From contig OX597836.1 in NCBI GenBank assembly GCA_951406725.2, positions 48,670,001 to 48,734,000 of the forward strand: 64,000 bases of DNA. Direction: 5' to 3'. Under the pieces are notes generated by a model. That model ran no database searches, was not told the DNA's origin, and saw only the letters and a list, made by a program, of their open reading frames with translations. Within the stretch, counting starts at the first letter, position 1; every line of letters begins with the position of its first letter. Position numbers and translations under genes: made by a program. Origin of the DNA: Octopus vulgaris. Lineage: Eukaryota. Of this stretch, positions 1-12,399 are shown piece after piece.

Positions 1-248
1 TTTTTTATCTTGTTTTAATTATACAAAAAAAAAAAAAAAAAAAGACAAGATTTTTGCAGTTTCTGGATTTCTGATGTTCAAAATAAAGAAATCCAAGATC
101 AAGTAACGACGTGAGAGGGACAATGTCTTCAAATATAGGCTTCTCATTTATACTCGGCTATAAGTCGCACTTTTACCCCATGGAATTTTCAGCTAAAGTT
201 GGGGATGCGACTTATAAGCGTAATCTATAAAAAAATATCTCCAGATAT

Positions 249-410
249 AGGCGCAGGAGTGGCTGTGTAGTAAGTAACTTGCTAACCAACCACATGGTTC
301 TGGATTCAGTCCCACTGCGTGGCACCTTGGGCAATTGTCTTCTACTATAAGCCTCGGGCCGACCAAAGCCTTGTGAAGATTTGGTAGACATGTAGTGGAT
401 GTGTGTGTAT
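249..410 (+). mobile_element. tRNA-derived SINE, family B (GGCGCAGGAGTGGCTGTG head), 5' part
   Basis: A/B-box-like head, then ggcaccttgggcaa...gccgaccaaagccttgtga. Related copies at 935-1180, 8810-9085(-), 10660-10860, 19500-19710, 20895-21220 and 57480-57842(-). Confidence 0.75.
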
Positions 411-934
411 GTAAACAAATACATAAACCGTTTCATGATTAAAAGGAATTTATTTACAGGGTCATAAGTACACTACATACAAATGTAAGCAAATGCTACG
501 AATTGCTTGTGTAGAGCACATATTAAAGATGAATATGTTTGTGTGTGTGTGTGTTTCATTCGAAACAGTAGTCGATAGACACTGAACATTTCTCTCTGTC
601 GTCTCCAAAACGCGGGGCGAGATAGATCTGTCTGCTGCCGTCTCCGCTGCGATTGTCCGTTCTCTGTTTTCCCCGCTGTATTTATAATATTTGTGACAGC
701 TAGAAAAACAGACATAACGCAATAGAGACAGTGCTTTATTTAGGTCAGCACTTGTCCATTTGAACTCAGCCTGACATGGCTGAGGTCACAGGTCAACGGG
801 AGATGATCAATCACTTTTTGACAGAACAAAGGGGTTATTAAATTTCGCGCCTCTAATTGCATTGGTTTGGACGACCGATGATTCTTGGATTCGATTTCGA
901 ATCTAGGCTTAGAGAAAGAAGTGCTAATTCTTAC

Positions 935-1180
935 AGACAGAAACTGAAAGAAGCCCGTTGTTTATATATATGTATATGTTTGTGTTTGTCCCCCCACCAT
1001 CACTTGACAAACGATGTTGGTGTGTTTACGTCCCCGCCACTTAGCATTTTGGCAATAAGTGGCCGATAGAACGAGTTCTAGGCTTACAAAGAATAAGTCC
1101 TGGGGTAGATTTCTTCGACTATAGGCGGTGCTCCAGCATGGCCACAGTCAAATGACTGAAACAAATAAAAGAGTAAAAGA
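935..1180 (+). mobile_element. SINE family B, 3' part
   Basis: gaaactgaaagaagcccg...gtgctccagcatggccacagtcaaatgactgaaac; the same tail recurs at 19680, 21170, 57490(-) and 59480(-). Confidence 0.7.
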
Positions 1181-2301
1181 ATATTTTCTGGGTACAAGCT
1201 ACGTCTGAAGTTCCGACACTTGGAATAACCGAAGAAACCCGAATCGCTAATTTCGAAGCCGAGAAATACACGAAAGAAGATCTTTAGACATTTCTTCAGA
1301 TATTTCTTTAATTCTGTTTGTATGAAATAAACAATTAATTTAATGCTTTTTTGCATCGTACCTGTCTTTCTTTAATTCGACGCCATGTTATTTGTTAACG
1401 AGAAGATAAAGCGGAATTCATATGATATCACCTTCAAGCTGAAAGTTGTTGAATACACGAAGTCGCATTCGAATCGAGCGGCAGAAAGAGAATCTGGAGT
1501 CTCAGAAAAAATGGTCAGCGATTGACATTTGAAAGAGAAAATGAAATCCGTTGACATCAAAATGTTAAAGAAAATTAGGAAACGGAGATTATTTGGAGAG
1601 ACTGGGTGACTGAACTACGCACGAATGGACATCTCGTCATGAGAAACAGCATTCGATTGTGGACTCTCCAAGTAACAAAAGAATATGGTATATCCGACTT
1701 CAAAGCATTTCCTGGCTTTAAAGGTTCGAGGTTTATGAAGCGTCACAATCTTACGCTGAGACAGAAGAGTCATACTTTCTTTTACTCGTTTCAGTCATGC
1801 GCCTGTGGTCATGCTGGAGCACTACTATGGCATATTGCACAGAAATTACCCGCTGACGTAGAGAGCAAAGTTGATTCCTTCCATCGGTGTGTAATAGACC
1901 TACGAAAGGGCCACGAGTTTACCTTGGAAGTAATCAGTAATATTGAAAAGACACGCCTTCTTTTCGATATGGTAGGAACTCGGACAGTCGACATTAAAGG
2001 GGAAAACACAATTTCAGTAAAAACTACGGGGAGCGAGACAAGGTCCTCTTCACCGCAATTTTGGTTTGATATGGGTGTCGTTACGAAAATTAGCCCGGCT
2101 GTTGTTTTCAAGAGAAGGACTTTCCCGAAAGAGAAGTTTCCGAAGGGCATAGTGGTGTATGTTCAGGAGAAAAGGTGGGTAGATGAAACCGTATTGACGA
2201 ACTGGTTAAACGACATGTGGTTCAAGCACCCAGGGGGCTATGCTTGATTCAAAGTCGCTTCTTGTATGGGCTCATCTGATCAGCAGCATAGAAAATAGAT
2301 T

Positions 2302-2517
2302 CTCTTCTACTCAAGGCGCAAGGCCCGACATTTTTGGGGAGGGGGCCCAGTCGATTAGATCGACCATAGTATACAACTGGTACTTATTTAATCGACCCCG
2401 AAAAGATGAAAGGCAAAGTCGACCTCGGTGGAATTTGAACACAGAGCGTAAAGACAGCCGAAATACCGCTAAGCATTTCGGCCGCCCTGCTAACGTTTCT
2501 GCCAGTTCGCCGCCTTA
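2302..2517 (-). mobile_element. tRNA-derived SINE, family A (AAGGCGGCGAGCTGGCAGAA head), inserted in the pogo transposase
   Basis: Reverse complement of the family A consensus; flanked by a 15-bp near-perfect TSD CATAGAAAATAGATT / CATAAAAAATAGATT. Confidence 0.85.
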
Positions 2518-3750
2518 CATAAAAAATAGATTAAAGGAGCGTCGTACCAACAAAGCTGTGATTGCAGGTGAATGCATGTCCACCTGTGCTCCAACCACTC
2601 GACGTGTCGGTGAACAAGACCTTTAAGGTGACCATGTTGTGCCAAGCATTGTCAGAATCTCTACCGAGTTGGCTAAAAGGCTTTGCAAGAATTCCTCTGG
2701 CTCTTTACTTTCCGAGTTCAAATCCCGCCGATGTCAACTTTGCATTTCATCCTTTCAGGGTCGATGAAATAAGTACCAGCTGAGTACTGGGGTCAATTTA
2801 ATCGATTTATACCCTCCTTAAAATTCCTGGCTTTGTTCCAAGATCTCAAACCTTTACCGAATTCCTCCATCGCTTTTTGCGGGGTGGGAGGTGCGAGATG
2901 GAATGTTTGACGTCGGTTTCTAGAAGATTTTATATCGGAAAGTAAAAGATACTTGGTTCGAATTGATCAGCGAAATCGGGCCGCGAAACTCGCTTCCCGG
3001 ACCTTTTTTTTTTATTCATTGATGTCCGCAATTACATAATCTATGGTAGAGGTGGATCATCGTTAAACAACGATGAGGATCCAGTTGTTCGATCAACTGA
3101 GTTACCTGCTCCTGAACTGATGTGTACCTCATAGGTACGTGTACCTTTAACATAATTCTCTGGCAGAAACAGCATGAAACAGTGTGTGACAGGCAGCATA
3201 TTAGAAACTGCACAAACGATACCTGCTTTGTAACAGAACTGAAATAACGGAAGTCCACAAGTGACATTTTCGACAGTCACTCAGCCTTCGTTTCGCGTTC
3301 TAAAGTTTAGATCCTGTATTCTTTCACGGTTCACCACAGAAACTTCTGCACATAAACTTATATAAACTCTCCAAATCTCTTTCTTAGCACGTGTTTATTG
3401 TTTTCTTTCAGATAACTGTTCAAGTTTGTCATTCCTTATTTCGTTCGTTTTGCTTACTCTTCATTTCGTTTTGTTTGTGACGGTATTGGTAATGACATGT
3501 GTTGGGGTCGGCAGTTACCAATTGCAACGAATGTTGATGTTGCAGATGTGCAAGGTGAAAGAAGAACAGTGTGACCGAAGATGCAAGCAAACATTTATTT
3601 ACCGTTACATATTGTTATAGTTAAAACAAGACGGATTGGTATGAATCATATAATTTGTAAAGCATGCGAGGTGAAGGGGGGGGGGGGGGATATCATAGAT
3701 TTTCCTTGCATAATTTGTGTTTGTGTTCTCGTCACCGTGTAGTACTAAAC

Positions 3751-3819
<69 letters not shown>

Positions 3820-4345
3820 TAATGTTGTAGAGAAGAGAAAGGGAGATAGTGAAAGTGAGATTGGGGGGATGTTGTATGTCTCATGGTGTCTGATTGTTTT
3901 CTCTCTCTGGCCGTTTGTCTCATGTGGCTATTTGCATGTGGCCATCTCTAATTGCCTCCATTCACCAACTGATTTCTGCTTACGGAGTTCTAGTATCCAT
4001 AACTATACAAAACTAGTTAGAAAAATAGGTATATTGCAGAAAACAAAAGATAGTCTTTGGGGATCGACTGCTATGTGAATTCAATTCTTCTCTGCTTACA
4101 AGAGGTTAGAGGGGTCAAATGGCAAAGACATAAATCGGCTTGGCAAAGCCATGTGTTCAATGTAACCATTGTTTTTCTGAGAGAAAAAGTGCTGTTGAAA
4201 TATTACGGGAAATTTGCCAATTCAGGTTCGAATCTACTCTATGCCTAAATGAAGTCACTACATGTCAATAATAATCTGTTGGTGTTACCGCGTAATTGGG
4301 ACACACTGAAATACCCTAGCAGTTGACTTTGCTGTACATATCATC

Positions 4346-4412
<67 letters not shown>

Positions 4413-4889
4413 ACAGAGAGAGAGAGATGGAGAGAGGGGCGGGGTAGATGGTATCACACTGCTTATTAATCTCAAGAATTTGATGTGTGACGAAGAATGA
4501 CATCGATCTTAGCAGAGAACTTTAGACTTTGGTTTACCCAAGCTTTATGTTCAAAACGTACATAAACCGGACCGTTTTAGCAGTGTTGTAAGCCCACCAC
4601 CGGACCCTGCAATATTTACATATTAACAGCGAGGCAAAACATACGTAGATCAGAATTGAACCCCTAGACCCGTGGAGTGTCTGGGTAACTGCCCGGTGTG
4701 CCCATGCCTTAAGACATCATGGTACCATAAGGTGGCTGAACCAATTCCTTAACGATATAGTCACGTAGGCAAGTGGAAGGAAAGGAGTTTCGGAATGAGC
4801 TGAACACTGTTTAATAAATGATGGATAAATAAAACTGTGCTGTCTGAAGTGCGCGCGCACGCACGCACACACACACACACACACACACC

Positions 4890-4959
<70 letters not shown>

Positions 4960-5142
4960 AAAAGAATTTTAGGAATTGACATGCTTTTACAGCAAAGACC
5001 GTTTCTTTTTTTCTGGAGACAAAAGGACAGTCAAAGACACTTGTATCTACACACGGTAATCTCTCTCAACGCATTCGTTTTCAAAACATCTTTGACCTCA
5101 GCTGCACATGATATATTATCAGCTACGTGATATATTAAACGA

Positions 5143-5502
5143 AACAAGAGCACTCGGAGAGTGCAAACCTCTGCCGACGCAACACCAAGGCAACTCTCAA
5201 CGATTAGCCAGAGATGATTTTTAAAATGAGAATATCTGAAATAAACTCGACTTCTCTCACAAACAAGAATACTAAAAATGAACCTGACTGCTCTCGAAAA
5301 TTAAGTAAAAATCAGGAAAAATATCCCAGAATCCTTGTCCGGTACCGGATCGATCCCAAAACCTAATCAGTTTGTGTCAGTCACGAGGACAAATATCCCT
5401 GAAAGTTTCATCTGAATCCATCCAGCGGTTCTTGAGACAAACAAACAGACGAACAAACACGACTGAAAACAATACTCTCACCTTCGCTAAGACAGAGGTA
5501 AT
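5143..5502 (+). mobile_element. Non-autonomous Helentron/DINE-like repeat
   Basis: Internal (AAAC/AGAC)n tract and terminal stem-loop ctcaccttcgctaagacagaggtaat; a related reverse copy lies at 12645-12800. Confidence 0.45.
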
Positions 5503-6264
5503 TAAGTGACGGAAAATAGATCAATTTTCAAATAAGGGGGGGGGGGAGATAGCAAACTTCCCAGGGACACGGAGTTGTGCGATGCTTCCACAAAATTATA
5601 TTCAAATATCACCATTATTTTTGTTTCATTATTAAATGTAAGTGGTATTATTTGATATCCACAAAGTCCAATGTTTGAGGCGGTGTGAAGGCTTCCCTAC
5701 CACAATGACTGACAGTTATACCATGGGGGACAAGTGAAAGGACTGAGGCGAGGCTAATATAAACCATCTCTTCCCGGAGATAAAAATGGGTTTGTGTTGA
5801 ACCAACAAACCTATCTACATGGCTGACTGACTCTGTGTGTGTGTGTGTGTGTGTGTGTGCGTGCAAAGTATTTCTCTCGGGTGCTGAATACATAATAAGA
5901 GCAGATAGCTCTGATCAAAGTCTCTGACAATGTTCACGGTCGAGCCTGTGACAATTGAGACCCCTGGCGTCCTTGTCCCCCCCCCCCGGACCATATCCCT
6001 GCTCACCGCTACCGGGGGCGAAGACTGCTATCTGCAAGTGCGAGCCCCGTGAGGTAAACTAGCTGTTCCACTGCATCTTCCTTGCCATCCTCCTCCGTTG
6101 GTGTCATGAGAAATGTTTCTATATTGTGAGAGGCAAAATTCTTTGTTAATTCAGATTAACCAGAAACGAGATGAGATACTGAGAGGCAATTAGTCCGTCA
6201 TTTTATCATATCGTACCTTACTCTCTCCACCGTTATCCGTTAAGGTTTCAGATCTAAATATATT

Positions 6265-6677
6265 TATTTTTTTATTGCCCACAGGGGGCTAAACAGAGAG
6301 GGGGACAAACAAGGACAAACGGATTAAGTCAATTACATCGACCCCAGTGCGTAACTGGTACTTAATCTATCGATCCCGAAAGGATGAAAGACAAACTCGA
6401 CCTCGGCAGAATTTGAGCTCAGAACGTAACGGCAGAAAAAAATACCTATTTCTTTACTACCCACAAGGGGCTAAACACAGAGGGACAAACAAGGACAGAC
6501 AAACGGATTAAGTAGATTACATCGACCCTAGTGCGTAGCTGGTACTTATTTAATCGACTCCGAAAGGATGAAAGGCAAAGTCGACCTCGGCGGAATTTGA
6601 ACTCAGAACGTAGCGGCAGACGAAATACCGCTAAGCGTGTCGCCCGGCGTGCTAACGTTTCTGCCAGCTCACCGCCT
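6265..6677 (-). mobile_element. SINE family A with internal tandem duplication
   Basis: Head at 6677; the body segment (...ttctgagttcaaattccgccgaggtcgac...cttgtgggtagtaaagaaatagg) is present twice. Confidence 0.8.
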
Positions 6678-6779
6678 CGAGATCTAAATATATTATATCT
6701 TCATAAGAATACTGAGTACTGTTTGAATACATACGTTTGCGCGCGCGTGCGTGCACACACGTATGTAGGTTAACCGTTA

Positions 6780-6910
6780 GGCGCGTGGCCAAGTCGTTAG
6801 GGTGTTGCATTCACGATCGTTAGGGTCATGGGTTCGATTCCAGCACCGAGCCGCGCGTTGTTTTCTTGAACAAAGCACTTCATTTCACGTTGCCCCAGTC
6901 CACTCAGCTG
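6780..6910 (+). mobile_element. tRNA-derived SINE, family C
   Basis: ggcgcgtggccaagtcgttagg...ggttcgattcc...ttcacgttgccccagtccactcagctg; a reverse copy lies at about 9500-9825. Confidence 0.65.
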
Positions 6911-7514
6911 TAAAGGGGTAAGCATGCGAGGGAATAGACTTTCCGATCAGGGTATGGTTAACCGGGATGCCTAGCCAACAAGGTGACACCATTCGAAAGC
7001 TAAAACAATGCGAAGTGCATTGTGACCAGCAATGTATAACAACATCCGATAGCCTGATCGTCGATCACGTGATATATATATAAAAGTAAATAAATGGTAC
7101 AACGAGGCACCAATATTTACTGGAAAATAGCAATCGTAATAAATACGACGCTATTGTATAGCTTCACTGCGTATATACTAGCAAAGACGCTTATGTGCAT
7201 CGTTACGCGCAGCTACTTGCGTGTGTGCGTTCCGTTTATTGCCTCGTCAGACCCATTGTTGATAAAAGCAGGAGCAGATAACTCTAACCAAATTATCTGA
7301 CCTGAAAGCGAACAAAGGCTTCGCCGCACCTGTTTTGCTTAACCCTTGACCCGTTCTCTTCCAGTGTTTATGAGTAAAAGTTAGAGCGAAACTATAGAAT
7401 CTGAAGAAACAACTAATGACGACGGTAAATTGTAAATGACATAACGAAATCTTAATTTATATTTGAATCTTTTTAGCGACCTTTACAGCATCGAGGTCGC
7501 CGGGTTTTACGAAT

Positions 7515-7552
<38 letters not shown>

Positions 7553-8252
7553 TAGATAGAGAGAGAGAATGACGAAGAGGTACGGACATCGACGTGTGTT
7601 GCACGGAGAGTAACGAAGCCAGATACGGAGAGTGACGAATAACTGAGAAATTGGCAGACGACCGTAATGGCAAATTCAAAGTCTCGGGAGTGACAACAAG
7701 TGAAATATGGTGAGCTAGAATTGCTCTAAGAACATAGAAATTCCTGTGGTATTCTGCGACTTCTTCTCAGTCTCAGTGACCAAAGTACAACCACTGTTAC
7801 TGCCAGTACGGTGACACTCAGTATTATTGTTGCTACATTAACTTTGTAGAGGGCACGCACCTGCTGTAACGCCACCACCAACATCAACGCCAATTATAGC
7901 AGTAATTAAATCGGTAACAACAACTCTAAAGCTCAGAAGCACAAACAACAACGACCATTGCATAAAAGAAACACTTCGGCGCCATTAGCATCGCAGTTAA
8001 TACCAATATCGACATCATCGCGAGCAAAGCCCACGTGTAGGACCTCGGGTAACAACGGCGACGGACACTAAAGATTATTTAAGGCGTCCCAGATGCCAGT
8101 GGAGTTTTAGAAGAGCAACAGATACACCATTGCCACAACGAATATCAAATACCTCGGCAAAGCCCGCTACTAACAACAACATCCACCACCACCACCACAA
8201 CAACAAGAACAGCAACAACAATAATAAAGTGAAAAAGTTTAAAAGAAAAAGA

Positions 8253-8746
8253 ATGATTGTTGTCAAATGGTGTCGGCTGGCTCACTTTTTCAACAGACAT
8301 CTCTTCTGTTCACCTGGGAAAGCTCGAAACCTCAACCTGCCTGTTTCACCGTTGAACGTCGACCTTAGATCTCAGCCCCACCACCACCACCATCACTACC
8401 AACGCCATCATCATCATCAACATCATCGATGCCATTACCAACAGCAACAACAACTATTTATAGCCCCAAGTCGATGGCAGAAATATGTTCTTAGTACCAA
8501 AGCAGTACCAACGCCACTACGGGCCACCGTCGTTCCCAAACAAACTGCCTTTGCTTTCTCAACAGGTCGTCACGGATCAGGGGTTGTCGGCCAATTCGGT
8601 CCGCGTATGGTGACCACCAGCCAACAGCCATCGGTGAGAAAACTGGACGTAGTTCATTTCCACACGAGCGGCCCTCGTTATGTTCCGCCTGTCATTTGGA
8701 TGTTCGTTAAGCCTGTGGCCAAAATCACCGCATTACTGGGCGGAAG
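8253..8746 (+). CDS. OMA1: OMA1 mitochondrial metalloendopeptidase, coding exon 1
   Basis: First in-frame ATG at 8253 (MIVVKWCRLAHFF, basic and poor in acidic residues like a presequence). Contains HFHTS...PPVIWMFVKPVAKITALLGGR. Donor AG|GTATGT, phase 2. Confidence 0.85.
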
Positions 8747-10984
8747 GTATGTTTACACTGCTTCTCTATTGGAGTGTGACTTGGTTTTAAGGGGTTTGTT
8801 TATCTATTTTATTTTCTACTCCTTTCAGTCATTAGGTTGTGGCCGTGCTGGGGCACTGCCTTGCAGAATTTTTACTCGAATGAATCGACTCCAGTACTTA
8901 AAAAAAACAACTTCCTCCTTTTTGCCAAACTGCTAAGTTACGGGGATGTAAACACACCAACACCGGTTGTCAAGTGATGGTGGGTACACACACACATATA
9001 CATACACGAGGGGCTTCTTTTAATTTCCGTCTACCAAATCCTCTTACAAGGCTTTCATAAGCTTGGGGTTGTAGTAGAGGACAGCGTTCACACCCCTTTT
9101 TAGAGATTTTTGAGACTGGTGGGAAAGAGGGGGGAGGTATATATCCTTACACCGGACACCTGGTCAAAATCGTTTCAATAGAGCGCCCAAGGATAAAGTG
9201 GCGGTGATGCTAAACTGGGCAACAGATTAAGTCTATTAACGAAAGGCCGCGGTGGGATTTGAACTGAAAGCGTAAAGAACCAAAACAAAGCTCTTAACAA
9301 TTTCATTGCCCTCGATTATTATATTAATATTAATCTTAGAATGATAAAAGGCGAAGTTGACTTTCGTGGGATTTGAACTCTCAACCGAAGAAACTGAAAT
9401 ACACACATGTCATTTCATTCGACGCTCTAATAACTCCACCAATTCGCCGGTTCTAATGTAGTGTGTAATGTTATTGATAGATAGGGTATCCCGTTGCGTA
9501 TTGACTCGACTGGTTCTCCGTCGGTTACGACGACTAGTGTTCCAGTTGATACGATCAACGGAACAACTTGCTCGGGAAATTAAAGTGCAAGTGGTTGAGT
9601 ACTACACAGTTACGTGTAGCTTTCACGTAGTTCTCAGGGAGATTCAGTGTGACAAGGCTGGCCATTTGAATTACAGGTAAATCTCATTTTTGCCAGGTGA
9701 GTGGACTGGAGCAACGTGAAATAAAGTGTCTTGCTCAAGGACACAACGTGCCGCCTGGAATCGAACTTATGACCTTACGATCGTGAACCAAAATACTCTA
9801 ACCACTAAGCGACGCGCTTTCACCCTGTTGCGAATTATGACCTTTGTCACGGACCTCCACCGCCCCCATTAAAGCTTTCCTTCACTCTGTCTGTCTCTCC
9901 CCACGCCCCTCTGTCTCTCTCTCTCATTGTTGTCGTCGAAATAAATGAATCCATTTGCTATTTACTATTTAACTCCATGGCTGAGCGAAGTGACACCATG
10001 ACCTTCGGCTTTCCTGCCTTGACCATCCTGTCCTTATTTCAGCTATCGCATACAATGTACCCGCCCTTGTTTAACGCTCAAGGGCGTTGATTTAGGTGAT
10101 GTTTGGCGTCTATTTCTAGCAGGCTGGGCAGCCATGTAGAGACCTCTCTCCTGTGGAGTCAGTTTTGTGATGTCTTGTCGGTTAATGTGTTAGGATGTTG
10201 TTATGTTATTTAGCTGTGGTCTACTTTGATTGAGCAGATCAAAGCCAATCCAGCTGTGACCATCCATTCTTTATGTAGGATGCCATCAGCTGATATAACA
10301 GTTGCGGCTGTTTAACTACAGGTCTGCCCTGATGGAGATGACTTATAGTCAGTGACGTTCCAACCATGACTACTTCGTCTTATTTTCAACCGTAGTGCAT
10401 TTAAAACTACATTATCCAAAGTCTTTCATTGTTTACAAAGTTGGGTGTAACTCAAAAGAGATTCGGCTGCTATTTCTAACAAGTCGAGTGACCACATAGA
10501 TGTGACCACACTAGTTGGCTCATGTGACAAGATACCATCTGATGTAATGGGGTTCAGTTATAATAATTGTATAATGATGTGCATTGTCTGGCTTTGTATT
10601 TTGTTGTGGTATGTTGTGTTGTGTCTGGATTGCTGGCTGGTTGTGAGGCAGAAGTGTGGGTGTGTGGCTCACAACGTTACTTCACAACCATGTGGTTTTG
10701 AGTTTGGTCCCACGGTGTGGTGTCTTGTGCAGGTGTCACCTGTAGCCCAGAAATGACCCAAGTCCATGGCTATAGGAAAAGGACACTTGCCCAAGGTGCT
10801 GCACTGTGGGACTGAACTCAAAACCACAACTTCTTAACCATAGAGCCATGCCTGCAGTAGATTAAGACACAACATGACACCCACCCACCCCTCGCCACCT
10901 ATTTTCCCCTCCCATGTCCACCCCATACTCTATACCCTCTAAACTAGCTTCTCAATGCCATTCTCACACTGGTTGTCATTTCAG

Positions 10985-11213
10985 GAGGCTGCGACTGTGG
11001 TGGAGATCCTTGCCCCACCAAAAGAAGAAACAAGTGCAAAGTGAGATTCTCAGTTCCTGGCAGAAATACCTTCTGGCTGCTGGACTTGGTGTCATGGCAC
11101 TAATCACCTATTATTCGGCGCATCTTCAGGAAACACCCATCACGAAACGGATTCGCTTTATTGCTTTTACAGACGATCAGTTCATGAAGATTGCCAACTT
11201 TGAAGCCAAACTG
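10985..11213 (+). CDS. OMA1: OMA1 exon 2
   Basis: Acceptor tttcag|. RLRLWWRSLP, TM segment YLLAAGLGVMALITYY, HLQETPITKRIRF. Donor CTG|GTAAAA. Confidence 0.92.
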
Positions 11214-11394
11214 GTAAAACTGTTCAACCCTGTCATTCGGTTTCCTTCCTCCCCCCTCTCTATCCCCTCTTCTTATTCAGGCAGTGAATTGGTAGAATCA
11301 TTACCGTGACAGGCAAAATTCTCAGTGGCGGAGTTCCTCTGTCTTTATGTTCTGGGTTCAAGTTCTGCTGAGGTTGATCTTTTCTCATTCTTGT

Positions 11395-11608
11395 TTACCA
11401 TTTGTTAACACATTTGATGGATCTTTGTCCTCATCTTGTTTGTTGTTAACACAATGCTTTGGTGATATACCATCCAGCCTTCATCAGGTGTCTTGGGGAA
11501 ATTTCGAACCACGGGAATATGGCATAGTGGTTAAGAGCGCGGGCTATTAACCCCAAGATTCCGAGTTTGATTCCAGGCAGTGACCTAATAATAATAATGA
11601 TAAAAATG

Positions 11609-11642
<34 letters not shown>

Positions 11643-11808
11643 CAACAACATTGAAAAATACCTTAGGAAGAGAACCCAGGTTCAAAATTTCCCCAAGACA
11701 CCTGATGAATGCTGGAGGGTATATCAGCTGAAACATGTTAATAAGAAACAAGATGAGGACAAATATCCATCAAATGTACATAATTCCTCATCTCTTAAAT
11801 ATAGAACT
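11395..11808 (+). mobile_element. tRNA-headed short element with Penelope-like hammerhead tail and an inverted 5' copy of the tail
   Basis: A box TGGCATAGTGG (11520), B box near 11563, (AAT)n spacer, tail with CTGATGA...GAAA at 11702-11733. Inverted tail copy at 11395-11510. Confidence 0.7.
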
Positions 11809-11921
11809 GTAATAAGTACCAGTTACACACTATGGTCAATGTCAATGGCTATCCACCTTCCCTAAAATGTTTCAGTCCTTGTGCCAATCATAGAAAGGAT
11901 TATTATTATTATTATTATTAT

Positions 11922-12305
11922 TGGAGGCTGGCAGAATCCTTAGAATGGTGGATGAAATGCTCAGCAGTATTTGGGCTGAGTTCAAATTCTGCCAAGGTTG
12001 ACTTTGCCTTTCATCCTTTCAGGGTTGATAAAATAAGTACCAGCTGAACACTGGATGGGGTCAGTGTAATTGACTCATCCCCTCCTACCAAATTGCTGCC
12101 CTTGTGGCTAAATTTGAAACCATTATTATTATTATTATTATTATTGAAGGTGGCAAGATGGCAGAATTGTTTGCATGCTGTGCAGCGTGTCGTCCATCCT
12201 TACATTCTGAGTTCAAATTTCACTGAGATCAGCTTTGCCTTTCATTCTTTTGGGGTTGATAAAATAAGTACCAGTTGAATACCAGGGTTGATGGAATAGA
12301 CTCAC
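11922..12305 (+). mobile_element. Tandem chain of family A SINEs separated by (ATT)n
   Basis: Copies at about 11922-12121 and 12146-12305, each preceded by an (ATT)n tract. Confidence 0.7.
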
Positions 12306-12399
12306 CACTCATTATTAGTACTGTTATCATTCAGTAGTCTTATTCTCATCCCATGCGTTCACTTCACTACCGAGCACAGCTTTATGTGTCTTGGGCATG

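Larger units (their letters stand above)
149..2632 (+). mobile_element. Degenerate pogo-family (POGK/Tc2-like, Brinker-DBD + CENP-B HTH + DDE_1) DNA transposon, interrupted by SINEs
   Basis: From ATG 1385 it reads MLFVNEKIKRNSYDITFKLKVVEYTKSHSNRAAERESGVSEKMVSD* (BrkDBD-like). ORF 1606-2247 has RFMKRHNLTLR, QKLPAD, TISVKTTG and FPKGIVVYVQEKRWVDE. LQPLDVSVNKTFK lies near 2590-2630. Subterminal inverted pair TATAAGTCGCA (159-169)/TGCGACTTATA (206-216). Stops and frameshifts present; right end not found. Confidence 0.8.

Noticed and set aside
8093-8110. uORF MPVEF* upstream of OMA1
   Set aside because: The TSS is unknown and such a short uORF is expected by chance.
8130-8252. ORF-track start of OMA1 at 8130
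   Set aside because: It is a TTG codon; in a eukaryote the first in-frame ATG, 8253, is preferred.
11513-11585. tRNA gene
   Set aside because: It has A/B boxes but no complete cloverleaf and continues into a repeated body, so it is a SINE head. The same applies at 249, 6780 and 49519.
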